From Acidobacteriota bacterium (GTDB lineage: Bacteria; Acidobacteriota; Vicinamibacteria; Vicinamibacterales; UBA2999), in the NCBI GenBank assembly GCA_030697165.1, contig JAUYQQ010000023.1, positions 286,681-350,680 on the forward strand: a stretch of DNA of 64,000 nt, in the 5' to 3' direction. Shown here in pieces: positions 18,146 to 25,492 of this stretch. Numbering within the stretch: position 1 is the stretch's first letter; each line of letters opens with the position of its first letter. The notes beneath the pieces were generated by a model. That model saw only the letters and a list, made by a program, of their open reading frames with translations, was not told where the DNA came from and made no database searches. The position numbers and the translations under genes were made by a program.

Positions 18146-19390
18146 ATGGGACCTCAAAAGACCATCTCGCGACGGAGGGTTTTGGCGGCCGGAACGGCCG
18201 GAATTGTCGGTGCGGCCCTCCCAATTGCTGGTCAAAGCGCGGATCAGGCGGCTCGTCCCAGGGTGCCGGCGGACCCGACCAAGGTCCAGGGGCCGCTCAG
18301 CACCGACGTCGGGGGACGATCCCCCTTCGAACAGCCCAAGCGCGTCTCGCTCGGCGCTCGCCGGACGTCGAGCCTGACGCCGCTGCAGGATCTCGACGGC
18401 ATCATCACCCCCTCGGACCTGCACTTCGAGCGGCATCACGGCGGCGTGCCCGCCATTGATCCCGCGCAGTACTCGCTGCTCGTTCACGGCATGGTCGACC
18501 GGCCGCTGGTGTTCACCCTCGCCGACCTGCGGCGCTTCCCCGGCCGCTCGATGATCCGCATGATGGAGTGCTCGGGCAACGGCGGGCGGGCCTATCGCCG
18601 CGAAGGCAACCAGACCGACGTCACGCCGCAACAGGTCGACGGCCTGACCAGCACCAGCGAATGGACCGGCGTGCCCCTCGCCACGCTGCTACGCGAAGCC
18701 GGCGCCTCGCCGAAAGCCAGGTGGCTGCTCGCCGAGGGCATGGACGCCGCCGTGATGACACGCAGCATCCCCATTGAGAAGGCGTACGACGATGCGCTGA
18801 TCGCGTACGGGCAGAACGGCGAGGCGCTGCGGCCCGAGCAGGGCTACCCGGTACGCCTGTTCCTGCCGGGTGTCGAGGGCAACGCCAGCATCAAGTGGCT
18901 GCGCCGCATCGAGGTTGCCGACCAGCCGTTCATGACCCGCGAGGAAACCTCGAAATACACCGACCCGCTGCCCGACGGCACGGCGCGCATCTTCAGCCTC
19001 GACATGGATGCCAAGTCGCTGATCACCGAACCGGCCTTTCCCGACCAGCTGACCGGACCGGGCTGGTGGGAAGTGCGCGGCCTGGCGTGGAGCGGCCGCG
19101 GCAAGATCGCAAAGGTCGACATCAGTGTCGATGGCGGCAAGACCTGGCGGCCGGCGACGCTCGACGAACCGGTGCTGCCCAAGTGCCACACGCGCTTCCG
19201 CTTCCCGTTCGAATGGAAGGGCGGCGAAACCACCTTATTGAGCCGGGCCACCGACGAGACCGGCTACACGCAACCCACCCTCGATGTGCTGATGGCCGCG
19301 CGCGGGCCGGCCACCGCGTATCACTTCAACCACATCCGCGGCTGGAAGGTGCTGGCCGATGGCGCGGTGAAGTTCGCGGGGGGCGCGTAA
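18146..19390 (+). CDS. sorA: Sulfite-oxidase-family molybdopterin subunit (SorA-like sulfite dehydrogenase)
   Basis: 414 aa. Tat leader ISRRRVLAAGTAGIVGAAL. MMECSGNGGR (Moco-ligand Cys context of the sulfite oxidase family). C-terminal Ig-like dimerisation region (WWEVRGLAWSGRGKIAKVDISVDGGKTW). Followed by an overlapping cytochrome c gene. Confidence 0.75.
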   Translation: MGPQKTISRRRVLAAGTAGIVGAALPIAGQSADQAARPRVPADPTKVQGPLSTDVGGRSPFEQPKRVSLGARRTSSLTPLQDLDGIITPSDLHFERHHGGVPAIDPAQYSLLVHGMVDRPLVFTLADLRRFPGRSMIRMMECSGNGGRAYRREGNQTDVTPQQVDGLTSTSEWTGVPLATLLREAGASPKARWLLAEGMDAAVMTRSIPIEKAYDDALIAYGQNGEALRPEQGYPVRLFLPGVEGNASIKWLRRIEVADQPFMTREETSKYTDPLPDGTARIFSLDMDAKSLITEPAFPDQLTGPGWWEVRGLAWSGRGKIAKVDISVDGGKTWRPATLDEPVLPKCHTRFRFPFEWKGGETTLLSRATDETGYTQPTLDVLMAARGPATAYHFNHIRGWKVLADGAVKFAGGA

Positions 19391-19992
19391 TGAGGATGGT
19401 TGTTGCTACGGCGCTGATCGCGGTTACGGCGTCCGCCTTCGCGTCCACCTTCGCACCCGATGATCAATCGAGTGCTTCGGCGAGACAGGCTCCTGCGGCG
19501 CCACGGTCGTACGGTCTCGGACGGGTCGCCACGGCTGACGAGATCAAGAAACTCGACATCGACGTCATGCCCGACGGCCGCGGTCTCCCCGCGGGCCGCG
19601 GGACGGTGGCCGAGGGCGCCACGATCTATGCGGCCAAGTGCCGTTCGTGTCACGGCGCGACCGGGGAAGGGGCTACGGCCGAACGCCTCGTCGGCCGCGA
19701 GTCGGGTCCCAACTTCAACTTCGCCATCGATCCGAAACTGGTGAAGACGGTCGGCAACTACTGGCCGTATGCGACCACGCTCTACGACTACACCTTCCGC
19801 GCGATGCCGTTCATGGAGCCCGGCACGCTGACGCCGAACGAGACGTACGCGCTCGTCGCCTACCTCCTCGCACTCAACAAGATCGTGCCAGACGACGCGG
19901 TGATGGACCAGGCGTCGCTGCCGAAGGTGGTGATGCCGGCGCGCGACAGGTTCGTGCCTGACAATCGAAAGGGCGGGAAGTTGGTGAAGTAG
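19390..19992 (+). CDS. sorB: c-type cytochrome subunit (SorB-like)
   Basis: In-frame ATG 19390 inside ORF 18895..19992 gives MRMVVATALIAVTASAFAS (signal) and a CRSCHG heme-c site. The start overlaps the sorA stop (TAATG). It is longer (200 aa) than the classical SorB. Confidence 0.65.
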   Translation: MRMVVATALIAVTASAFASTFAPDDQSSASARQAPAAPRSYGLGRVATADEIKKLDIDVMPDGRGLPAGRGTVAEGATIYAAKCRSCHGATGEGATAERLVGRESGPNFNFAIDPKLVKTVGNYWPYATTLYDYTFRAMPFMEPGTLTPNETYALVAYLLALNKIVPDDAVMDQASLPKVVMPARDRFVPDNRKGGKLVK

Positions 19993-19993
19993 A

Positions 19994-20011
19994 GTCCGGC
20001 TTCAGCCGGAC
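19994..20011 (+). terminator. Hairpin GTCCGGC-TTCA-GCCGGAC immediately after the sorB-like stop
   Basis: Perfect 7-bp stem starting 2 nt after TAG 19990-19992. No clear T-tract, so terminator function is tentative. Confidence 0.35.
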
Positions 20012-20049
20012 CCTGCTTCGGGTGCCAGTCCGCGGACGCGCCCCTGGCA

Positions 20050-20113
20050 CTGCACTCCGGCTAAAGCCGGAGGCTACCCTAGCGCTGCACTCCGGCTAAA
20101 AGCCGGAGGCTAC
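20050..20113. repeat. Two tandem REP-like copies CTGCACTCCGGCTAAA(A)GCCGGAGGCTAC
   Basis: Copies at 20050-20077 and 20085-20113 share the CCGGCTAAAGCCGG core with 3897 and 9556. The second copy overlaps the stop codon (20110-20112) of the convergent minus-strand gene. Confidence 0.8.
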
Positions 20114-21540
20114 TTCTGTTGCGGGCTCACCGGCTTGAGCACCGTGAGGTCCTGCGAGTCCACCGAGTATTCGGTGAACGGCTGGTACATCTCGTCCCAG
20201 CTCTGCTCGGACCAGTACACCGGAAGGTGCGGGCCCGGGTTCCACTTGTTGCGCACCGAGTTGTCGTAGACGCCAATGCCGGTGATCTTGCTGCCGGCGG
20301 GAATCTTGAGCGGCTCGGCCAGCTCGTAATTGAACTGCCAGTTGAAGTCGAACTTCGGCACGTTCAGGATCGTCTGCTCGCGGCCATCGGGATAGGTCAC
20401 GACCCACTTGAGGCTCTTGCCGCGCAGGTGCATGTGGGGCGACATCGCGTAGAGGGTGATGTCCTCGGTTACCGGCGTGATCCCGGTGAGCTTCCAGTTC
20501 TCCGCATACGGCGGGATGTTCGGCGTGGTCCGGCTGCGGCGGGTGCTGCTCGGGTCGGCGACGTACTCGGTCTCGCGGCCCTCGGCGCGATAGATCGACA
20601 GGCCGCCCTTGGTGGTCGCCAGCGGATCGCCCGCCTGGCGGATCAGCACTTCGTGGGTCACCGGCACCTTGTTGAACCAGATGCCCAGCTTGGTCCGATC
20701 CTTCTCGGGCTTGCCGGTCGGGTTGTAGTGCATCTGCCAGTTCACGTATTTGCCGGCGGGAATGCGCTTGCCGATGTTGGGGCGATGGATGTCGAGGCCG
20801 CGGCCCGGCACCCACGACAGCAGCTTGCTCGAGCCGGGCAGGCCGCTGTCGCTCGACGGCAATCCGCGCGAACCGCGATCGCCGATCACCTTGCCGTCGG
20901 GCCCGATGATGCGGCCGTTCTCGAGCGTCGTGCCTTCGGGAATGTCCACGAAGTAGATGCCGGCGTGGTGCAGCACCGCGCGGTTGCTCGGGTGCAACTC
21001 GACGACTTCCGCAAAGCGGTCCTCGGCCCACGGCACCTTCGAATAGAACATCTGCACGCCGACTTCGCCTTCGGCGGGAATCTCGAACTCGACCGGCATC
21101 TCGAGCACGGCGTCTGGCTCGCGTTCGCCGAACGTCCACCCGGTGGCGAACTTCGGCGGCGGCGGCAGGTCGGCGGCGTTGCCGCGCGCCGCGCCGCCAT
21201 CGACCCACGCGGCAATCGTGTCGATCTCCTTCTGCGACAGGCTGATGTCGTTGCGCATCGGCAGGCTCTGGGTCATGTCGGCGCCCCAGGGCGGCATCTC
21301 GCGCGACACGACCTTGGCCTTGATCGCCCTGGCCCACGGCCGCGCGTCCTCGTACGACATCAAGTTCATCGGCGCCACTTCGCCAGGCCGGTGGCAGTTG
21401 GCGCATTTCTTGTACATGATCGACGCGACATCCTTGGCGAACGTCGGGGCACCGGCGGATGCCGGGGCTGGAGTTTGAGCGGCGGCGCTGACTGACCCCA
21501 GTGCCGCCACGCCGATCACGACGAGAACCAGTCGTTTCAT
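20110..21540 (-). CDS. Cytochrome-c domain fused to a PHM/DBH-type (copper type II ascorbate-dependent-like) monooxygenase
   Basis: 476 aa. Signal MKRLVLVVIGVAALGSVSAAAQ. N-terminal KKCANCHRPGEVAPMNL...REMPPW heme-c module. Then LHHAG (aa 190-192), WQMHY (271), SPHMHLRGK (369/371) and WDEMY (451), in the same order and context as the CuH (HH, H) and CuM (HxH, M) ligands of peptidylglycine alpha-hydroxylating monooxygenase. Confidence 0.7.
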   Translation of the reverse strand: MKRLVLVVIGVAALGSVSAAAQTPAPASAGAPTFAKDVASIMYKKCANCHRPGEVAPMNLMSYEDARPWARAIKAKVVSREMPPWGADMTQSLPMRNDISLSQKEIDTIAAWVDGGAARGNAADLPPPPKFATGWTFGEREPDAVLEMPVEFEIPAEGEVGVQMFYSKVPWAEDRFAEVVELHPSNRAVLHHAGIYFVDIPEGTTLENGRIIGPDGKVIGDRGSRGLPSSDSGLPGSSKLLSWVPGRGLDIHRPNIGKRIPAGKYVNWQMHYNPTGKPEKDRTKLGIWFNKVPVTHEVLIRQAGDPLATTKGGLSIYRAEGRETEYVADPSSTRRSRTTPNIPPYAENWKLTGITPVTEDITLYAMSPHMHLRGKSLKWVVTYPDGREQTILNVPKFDFNWQFNYELAEPLKIPAGSKITGIGVYDNSVRNKWNPGPHLPVYWSEQSWDEMYQPFTEYSVDSQDLTVLKPVSPQQK

Positions 21541-21600
21541 ATCGCCCTCTCTACCTGAACATCTTCAGAGCCGCCGCGGCCCAACCGCGGGAATCTTAGC

Positions 21601-21996
21601 CTATTTGGGTGCGCCGGCAACGCAGGTCGCCACCGCCTCGGCCGCCGAGGTCACGTTGATGCGGCTCATGGGCGCGGCCGTGATGAACAGGCCGCGAATC
21701 ACCATGGTCCGGTCGCGATGCTGGGGAAAGCTGAACTCGCCCACGCCGAGTAAACGAAAGGCGTTCTTGCCCGCAGGCGGCTGCTTGGGCAACTCGGCCG
21801 CGGGGGCCTGGTTGGCCACGCTCGGCACCGGATCGGTCGCGGCGACGAGCACCCAATTGCCGGCACCTTGCTCGCGCAGGCAGCCGGTGACGCTGACAAT
21901 CTCCACCTTGTTCGCCGCCGGCGCTTGCCATGTGGCGTCGGCCTTCAGGCCGACCACTCCGGCGAGGGATAGCACGAGCATCAAAGACAGGGTCAT
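21601..21996 (-). CDS. Small secreted hypothetical protein
   Basis: 131 aa. MTLSLMLVLSLAGVVGLKADA signal. Sits directly upstream of, and co-directional with, the PHM-like gene. No recognisable domain. Confidence 0.55.
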   Translation of the reverse strand: MTLSLMLVLSLAGVVGLKADATWQAPAANKVEIVSVTGCLREQGAGNWVLVAATDPVPSVANQAPAAELPKQPPAGKNAFRLLGVGEFSFPQHRDRTMVIRGLFITAAPMSRINVTSAAEAVATCVAGAPK

Positions 21997-23149
21997 GACG
22001 GGTCGTATGATACCCGACGTGCCCCTTCGACTCGAGGGACTTCGCTCGCGAAGTCCCTCTCGCTCAGGACGAGTAGCCCTGGCGCTCCTGGCAATCCTTG
22101 CGGGAACGCCAGCGCTGCTCGCTCACGAAGCGGAACGCACCCGCGTCCTTCTGACTTTTACCGGCGATGAACGCTTCGTGCTCGAGGTCGCCAACGATCC
22201 CCTGTGGATGCTGCTGCGCCTCGAAACGTTCGCCGGCGGCACCGTGCCGCCCAATCCCACCGCGGCCGAACGCGATGCCCGTCTCGCGCAACTCACCGCC
22301 GTCTTCGCCGACCGCATCGTTTTGTTCGTGGACGGGCATGAGGTCCGCGCCGAGTCGGTGGTCTACCAGCCACCACCCACGTCGCCGCCGGATGCGCTGG
22401 CGCGCTTCACGCTGACGGGTCGCATGCCGCGCGGCGCCTCGACGCTGCGCTGGCTCTACGGAATCGTCGCCGATCCGTATCCGCTGGAGATTCGCCAGGC
22501 CGACGGATCGTCCACGGTCGAGTGGATCACCGGCACCAACTGGAGCGGCGTGATCGACCTGACGCGCAGCTTTCCGCAGCCCACCCGCTGGCAGATCGCG
22601 CGCCAGTATCTCGCGCTGGGCTACACCCACATCCTGCCGAAAGGGCTGGACCACATCCTGTTCGTCCTCGGCCTGTTCCTGCTCAGCCCGCGGGTGAAGA
22701 CGCTGCTGCTGCAAGTGACGGCCTTCACCCTGGCCCACTCGATCACGCTGGGCCTCGCCATCTACGGGCTCGTCTCGCTGCCGTCACGCCTCGTCGAGCC
22801 GCTGATCGCGCTGTCGATCGCGTATGTCGCGATCGAAAATCTCGTCACGCGGGCGCTCACGCCGTGGCGGCTGGCCCTGGTGTTCGCGTTCGGCCTGCTG
22901 CACGGGCTGGGCTTCGCCGGCGTGCTGCGCGAGCTGGGATTGCCGCGCGGCGAGTTCCTCACGGGGCTACTGGCGTTCAATGTGGGCGTCGAAGGCGGAC
23001 AGCTGACGGTGATCGCGATCGCGATGCTGCTGGTGTGGCCATTCGTAAATCGAGGCTGGTATCGCCACCGCGTGGTGCTCCCGGCATCGCTCGCGATTGG
23101 TGCGATGGGAATCTATTGGACGATTGCTCGCGTGCTCAGTAGCCAGTAG
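21995..23149 (+). CDS. HupE/UreJ-family metal permease with extra N-terminal periplasmic domain
   Basis: Real start is probably ATG 21995 or 22007 inside ORF 21605..23149 (MTGRMIPD...VALALLAILAGTPALLAHE signal). C-terminal half has LGYTHILPKGLDHILFVLGLFLL, FTLAHSITLGLA, IALSIAYVAIENL and FGLLHGLGFAGVL, typical of the HupE/UreJ-2 family. Confidence 0.75.
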   Translation: MTGRMIPDVPLRLEGLRSRSPSRSGRVALALLAILAGTPALLAHEAERTRVLLTFTGDERFVLEVANDPLWMLLRLETFAGGTVPPNPTAAERDARLAQLTAVFADRIVLFVDGHEVRAESVVYQPPPTSPPDALARFTLTGRMPRGASTLRWLYGIVADPYPLEIRQADGSSTVEWITGTNWSGVIDLTRSFPQPTRWQIARQYLALGYTHILPKGLDHILFVLGLFLLSPRVKTLLLQVTAFTLAHSITLGLAIYGLVSLPSRLVEPLIALSIAYVAIENLVTRALTPWRLALVFAFGLLHGLGFAGVLRELGLPRGEFLTGLLAFNVGVEGGQLTVIAIAMLLVWPFVNRGWYRHRVVLPASLAIGAMGIYWTIARVLSSQ

Positions 23150-23276
23150 CCAGTAGCCAGTAGCCAGTAGCCAGTAGCCAGTAGACAGTAGCCAGTAGCC
23201 AGAAGAGCTCGTGTCTCTCTGGCATCTGGCTACTGGCATCTGGCTACTGGCATCTGGCTACTGGCATCTGGCTACT
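23137..23276. repeat. Heptamer-stutter palindrome: about 8 x CAGTAGC, then 4 x CTGGCATCTGGCTA
   Basis: The left arm of tandem CAGTAGC units begins inside the last codons of the HupE gene (stop TAG 23147-23149). The right arm contains GCTACTG (the reverse complement) alternating with GCATCTG, and overlaps the stop (23272-23274) of the convergent NHL gene. Confidence 0.85.
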
Positions 23277-24342
23277 TCTGGAATTTCTGAATGCGCTGGC
23301 CGTAGGTGTCGGCGGCGTAGACACCGCCCTTCGAGTCGACCACGATGCCGTGGACCCAGTCGAACTCGCCGGGGCCGAGGCCCTGCTTACCCCAGGTCGC
23401 GACGAGTTTGCCGTCCTTCAACGACAGCTTGTGGACGCGCTCTCCTGCGTGGTCGGCGATGTATGCGAAGCCATCATCACCCGTGCGCGAGATGGCAATG
23501 TCCCACGGGTACCAGCCCTCGACCTTGATCTCGCGCAGGTAGTTCAGGTCCTTGTCGTATACCTGCAGCCGGTGCCCCTCGCGATCGATGATGTACATGT
23601 TGTCTTGCGCATCAAGCGCGAGCTTGTGGGGCAGCACCCACTCGCCGGGACCGTTGCCCTTGTCGGCCGGGCCGCCCGCGCCCTTGCCCACTTGCTTGAT
23701 GAACTTGCCGGTCTTGTCGAACATCGCCACGCGGTTGTTGCCATAGCCGTCGGTGACGACGATGTTGCCGTTTCTGAGGACAGCGACGCCAGACGGCAGG
23801 TCGAAGTGCGTGGCGTCGTTGCCCTTCTCCATCGTGGTCCCGAGCTGGAGCAGGACCTTGTCCATCTTGGGGCTGAGCTTCACCACGCGGTGGGCGTCGC
23901 GCTCGATCATGTAGACGTTGCCTTCCCAGTCCACGGCACCGGAGTGCTGCCAGTTGGGGTCGAGCTTCTTGCCGTTGAGATCGATATCGCCGCCGGCCAT
24001 CACCAGGTTGCCGGCCGGGTCGAACACCATGATCGGCTTGGCGCCGCGGTTGAACACGTAGATGCGATCCTGCGCGTCGATCGCGACGCCGGAGATGCCG
24101 GGTTGATTGGTGGGCGCCTGTCCGGGCGGCCGAGCGCCAGTCTGTCCAGTCGCACGACGCGCGGCCGCTTGCGCTTCGCGCTCCGCCGGCGGCGGCGGCG
24201 CGGTCTTCAGGCCGAAGAATTCGCCGGGCGGCAGTTTCGGCCAGTCCGGCACGAGCTTGTAGCCGCCATCCCCTTGCGCTTGCGCCGTCGCGGCGGCGAG
24301 CAAAATCACGACCACGAATGAAGAGACCAGTGTCCGTCGCAT
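23272..24342 (-). CDS. Secreted NHL-repeat beta-propeller, peptidyl-alpha-hydroxyglycine alpha-amidating lyase (PAL)-like
   Basis: ORF 23272..24447. Probable start is ATG 24342 (MRRTLVSSFVVVILLAAATAQAQG). Motifs RIYVFNRGAKPIMVFD, NIVVTDGYGNNRVAMFD, PGEWVLPHKLALDAQDNMYIIDREGHRLQVYD and GGVYAADTYGQRIQKF are NHL blades with the FxRG and PGxFxxPHxLAL motifs I associate with PAL. Confidence 0.7.
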   Translation of the reverse strand: MRRTLVSSFVVVILLAAATAQAQGDGGYKLVPDWPKLPPGEFFGLKTAPPPPAEREAQAAARRATGQTGARPPGQAPTNQPGISGVAIDAQDRIYVFNRGAKPIMVFDPAGNLVMAGGDIDLNGKKLDPNWQHSGAVDWEGNVYMIERDAHRVVKLSPKMDKVLLQLGTTMEKGNDATHFDLPSGVAVLRNGNIVVTDGYGNNRVAMFDKTGKFIKQVGKGAGGPADKGNGPGEWVLPHKLALDAQDNMYIIDREGHRLQVYDKDLNYLREIKVEGWYPWDIAISRTGDDGFAYIADHAGERVHKLSLKDGKLVATWGKQGLGPGEFDWVHGIVVDSKGGVYAADTYGQRIQKFQK

Positions 24343-24370
24343 ATACTCTCCGGCGGTGAGGATACACCAC

Positions 24371-24958
24371 ATGAGACGACCGGTGATTCTGGGCGCGCTG
24401 GCCGTGGTGCTGGCGTGCGGCGCGGCCGAAGCGCAAGAGGTACCCAAGGGGCAGATGCCGACGCTCGGCCGCCCGACGCAGACTGGCGACGAGGTGCCAC
24501 TGCTCGACTTCGACGCGTACTTTGTCGGTAAGTGGACGTGGGAGTGGTCGATGCCCGAGACGGCGCTCGCGCCCGGCGGGGACTACACCGGCACCACGGT
24601 CTACCGGAAAGTGGACGGCCGCTTCTACGAAGCCGTTACGGAAGGCCAGGGCCCCGCGGGCGCGTTCACGGTTCGCGAGCTGATTGCGTATCACGCCGAG
24701 AACAAGACCATTGCCCGGCAGGTGACCGATTCACGTGGGCATGGACGATTGGAGCTTGGGCCCGTCGGTGGGGACCTGGGTGGGATCTACAACCTGCACT
24801 ACGAGAGCGCGCCGTTCACCTACGGCGGCAAGACGATCCGCCTGAGGAACACCCTGCGCCTGCTGTCGCCGCTCGCCTACCGGGTGGCGACCAGCATCTC
24901 GGTGGATGGGGGCCCCTTCACCAACCTGGGGAACCCGTGGTGGCGCAAGAGCCCTTAA
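24371..24958 (+). CDS. Secreted hypothetical protein (possibly DUF1579-like)
   Basis: ORF 24356..24958. Likely start is MRRPVILGALAVVLACGAAEAQE at 24371. YFVGKWTWEWSMPE is reminiscent of DUF1579, but the assignment is weak. Confidence 0.55.
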   Translation: MRRPVILGALAVVLACGAAEAQEVPKGQMPTLGRPTQTGDEVPLLDFDAYFVGKWTWEWSMPETALAPGGDYTGTTVYRKVDGRFYEAVTEGQGPAGAFTVRELIAYHAENKTIARQVTDSRGHGRLELGPVGGDLGGIYNLHYESAPFTYGGKTIRLRNTLRLLSPLAYRVATSISVDGGPFTNLGNPWWRKSP

Positions 24959-24969
24959 CAGGAGACGAA

Positions 24970-24999
24970 GAGATCAGGAGAAACTACTCTCCTGATCTC
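24970..24999. terminator. Bidirectional hairpin GAGATCAGGAGA-aactac-TCTCCTGATCTC between convergent genes
   Basis: Perfect 12-bp stem in the 52-nt gap between 24958 (+ gene end) and 25011 (- gene end). Confidence 0.55.
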
Positions 25000-25010
25000 C
25001 TTAACTCTTG

Positions 25011-25442
25011 TTACTTCTTGAGTTCGATCTTGATCTGCTTCAAGCTCTCGAGCTTGGCCTCGAGTTCGGTGGTGCCGACGGGAAACTTGTTGTACTTCAG
25101 CATGTAGGCGACGATGTCGGCCTTCTCGGCTGGACTCACGCCGGACGCGCCACTCGGCGGCATCGAAATGCGGATGCGCTCGAACAGGTCGCCTACCGAC
25201 AGATCGGTCCAGTTGCCCATGAACTCGGGCCCCGCCAGGGCCGGCGCAAAACCATCACCGGTGAGATCGGCAGCGTGACACTCGGCGCACGCCGTCGTGT
25301 AAACGCCCAACCCGCGCTCGGCCTGGGCGTCGGTGTAGACACCGTCCCACACCGTGCGAGCGGCCTGCGCGCCGAGCGAGGACTGCGTGAGCGCCGAGGT
25401 CCAGGCAGCCGCCAAGACCAGGAAAGCAATGCGAAGCTTCAT
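25011..25442 (-). CDS. Small periplasmic c-type cytochrome
   Basis: ORF 25011..25451. Likely start is MKLRIAFLVLAAAWTSALT (25442). CAECH heme site and an ISMPPSG motif resembling the MMPPSG of the DUF1592 proteins. Confidence 0.8.
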   Translation of the reverse strand: MKLRIAFLVLAAAWTSALTQSSLGAQAARTVWDGVYTDAQAERGLGVYTTACAECHAADLTGDGFAPALAGPEFMGNWTDLSVGDLFERIRISMPPSGASGVSPAEKADIVAYMLKYNKFPVGTTELEAKLESLKQIKIELKK

Positions 25443-25454
25443 GGTGACCATTTT

Positions 25455-25492
25455 ACAGGAGATCAGGAGTTCAGGAACTCCTTAACTCTTTG
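25455..25492. repeat. Second copy of the ACAGGAGATCAGGAG...CTCCTTAACTCTTTG element
   Basis: acaggagatcaggagttcaggaactccttaactctttg is related to 24958-25010 (acaggagacgaagagatcaggaga...ctccttaactcttg). The two copies bracket the cytochrome c gene in direct orientation. Confidence 0.65.

Noticed and set aside
23137-23276. Possible CRISPR array (regularly spaced repeats), also considered for 34904-34967 and 2359-2467
   Set aside because: The units are 6-7 nt with no unique spacers, and the two halves are mutually complementary. No cas genes are present. These are stutter palindromes, not CRISPR.
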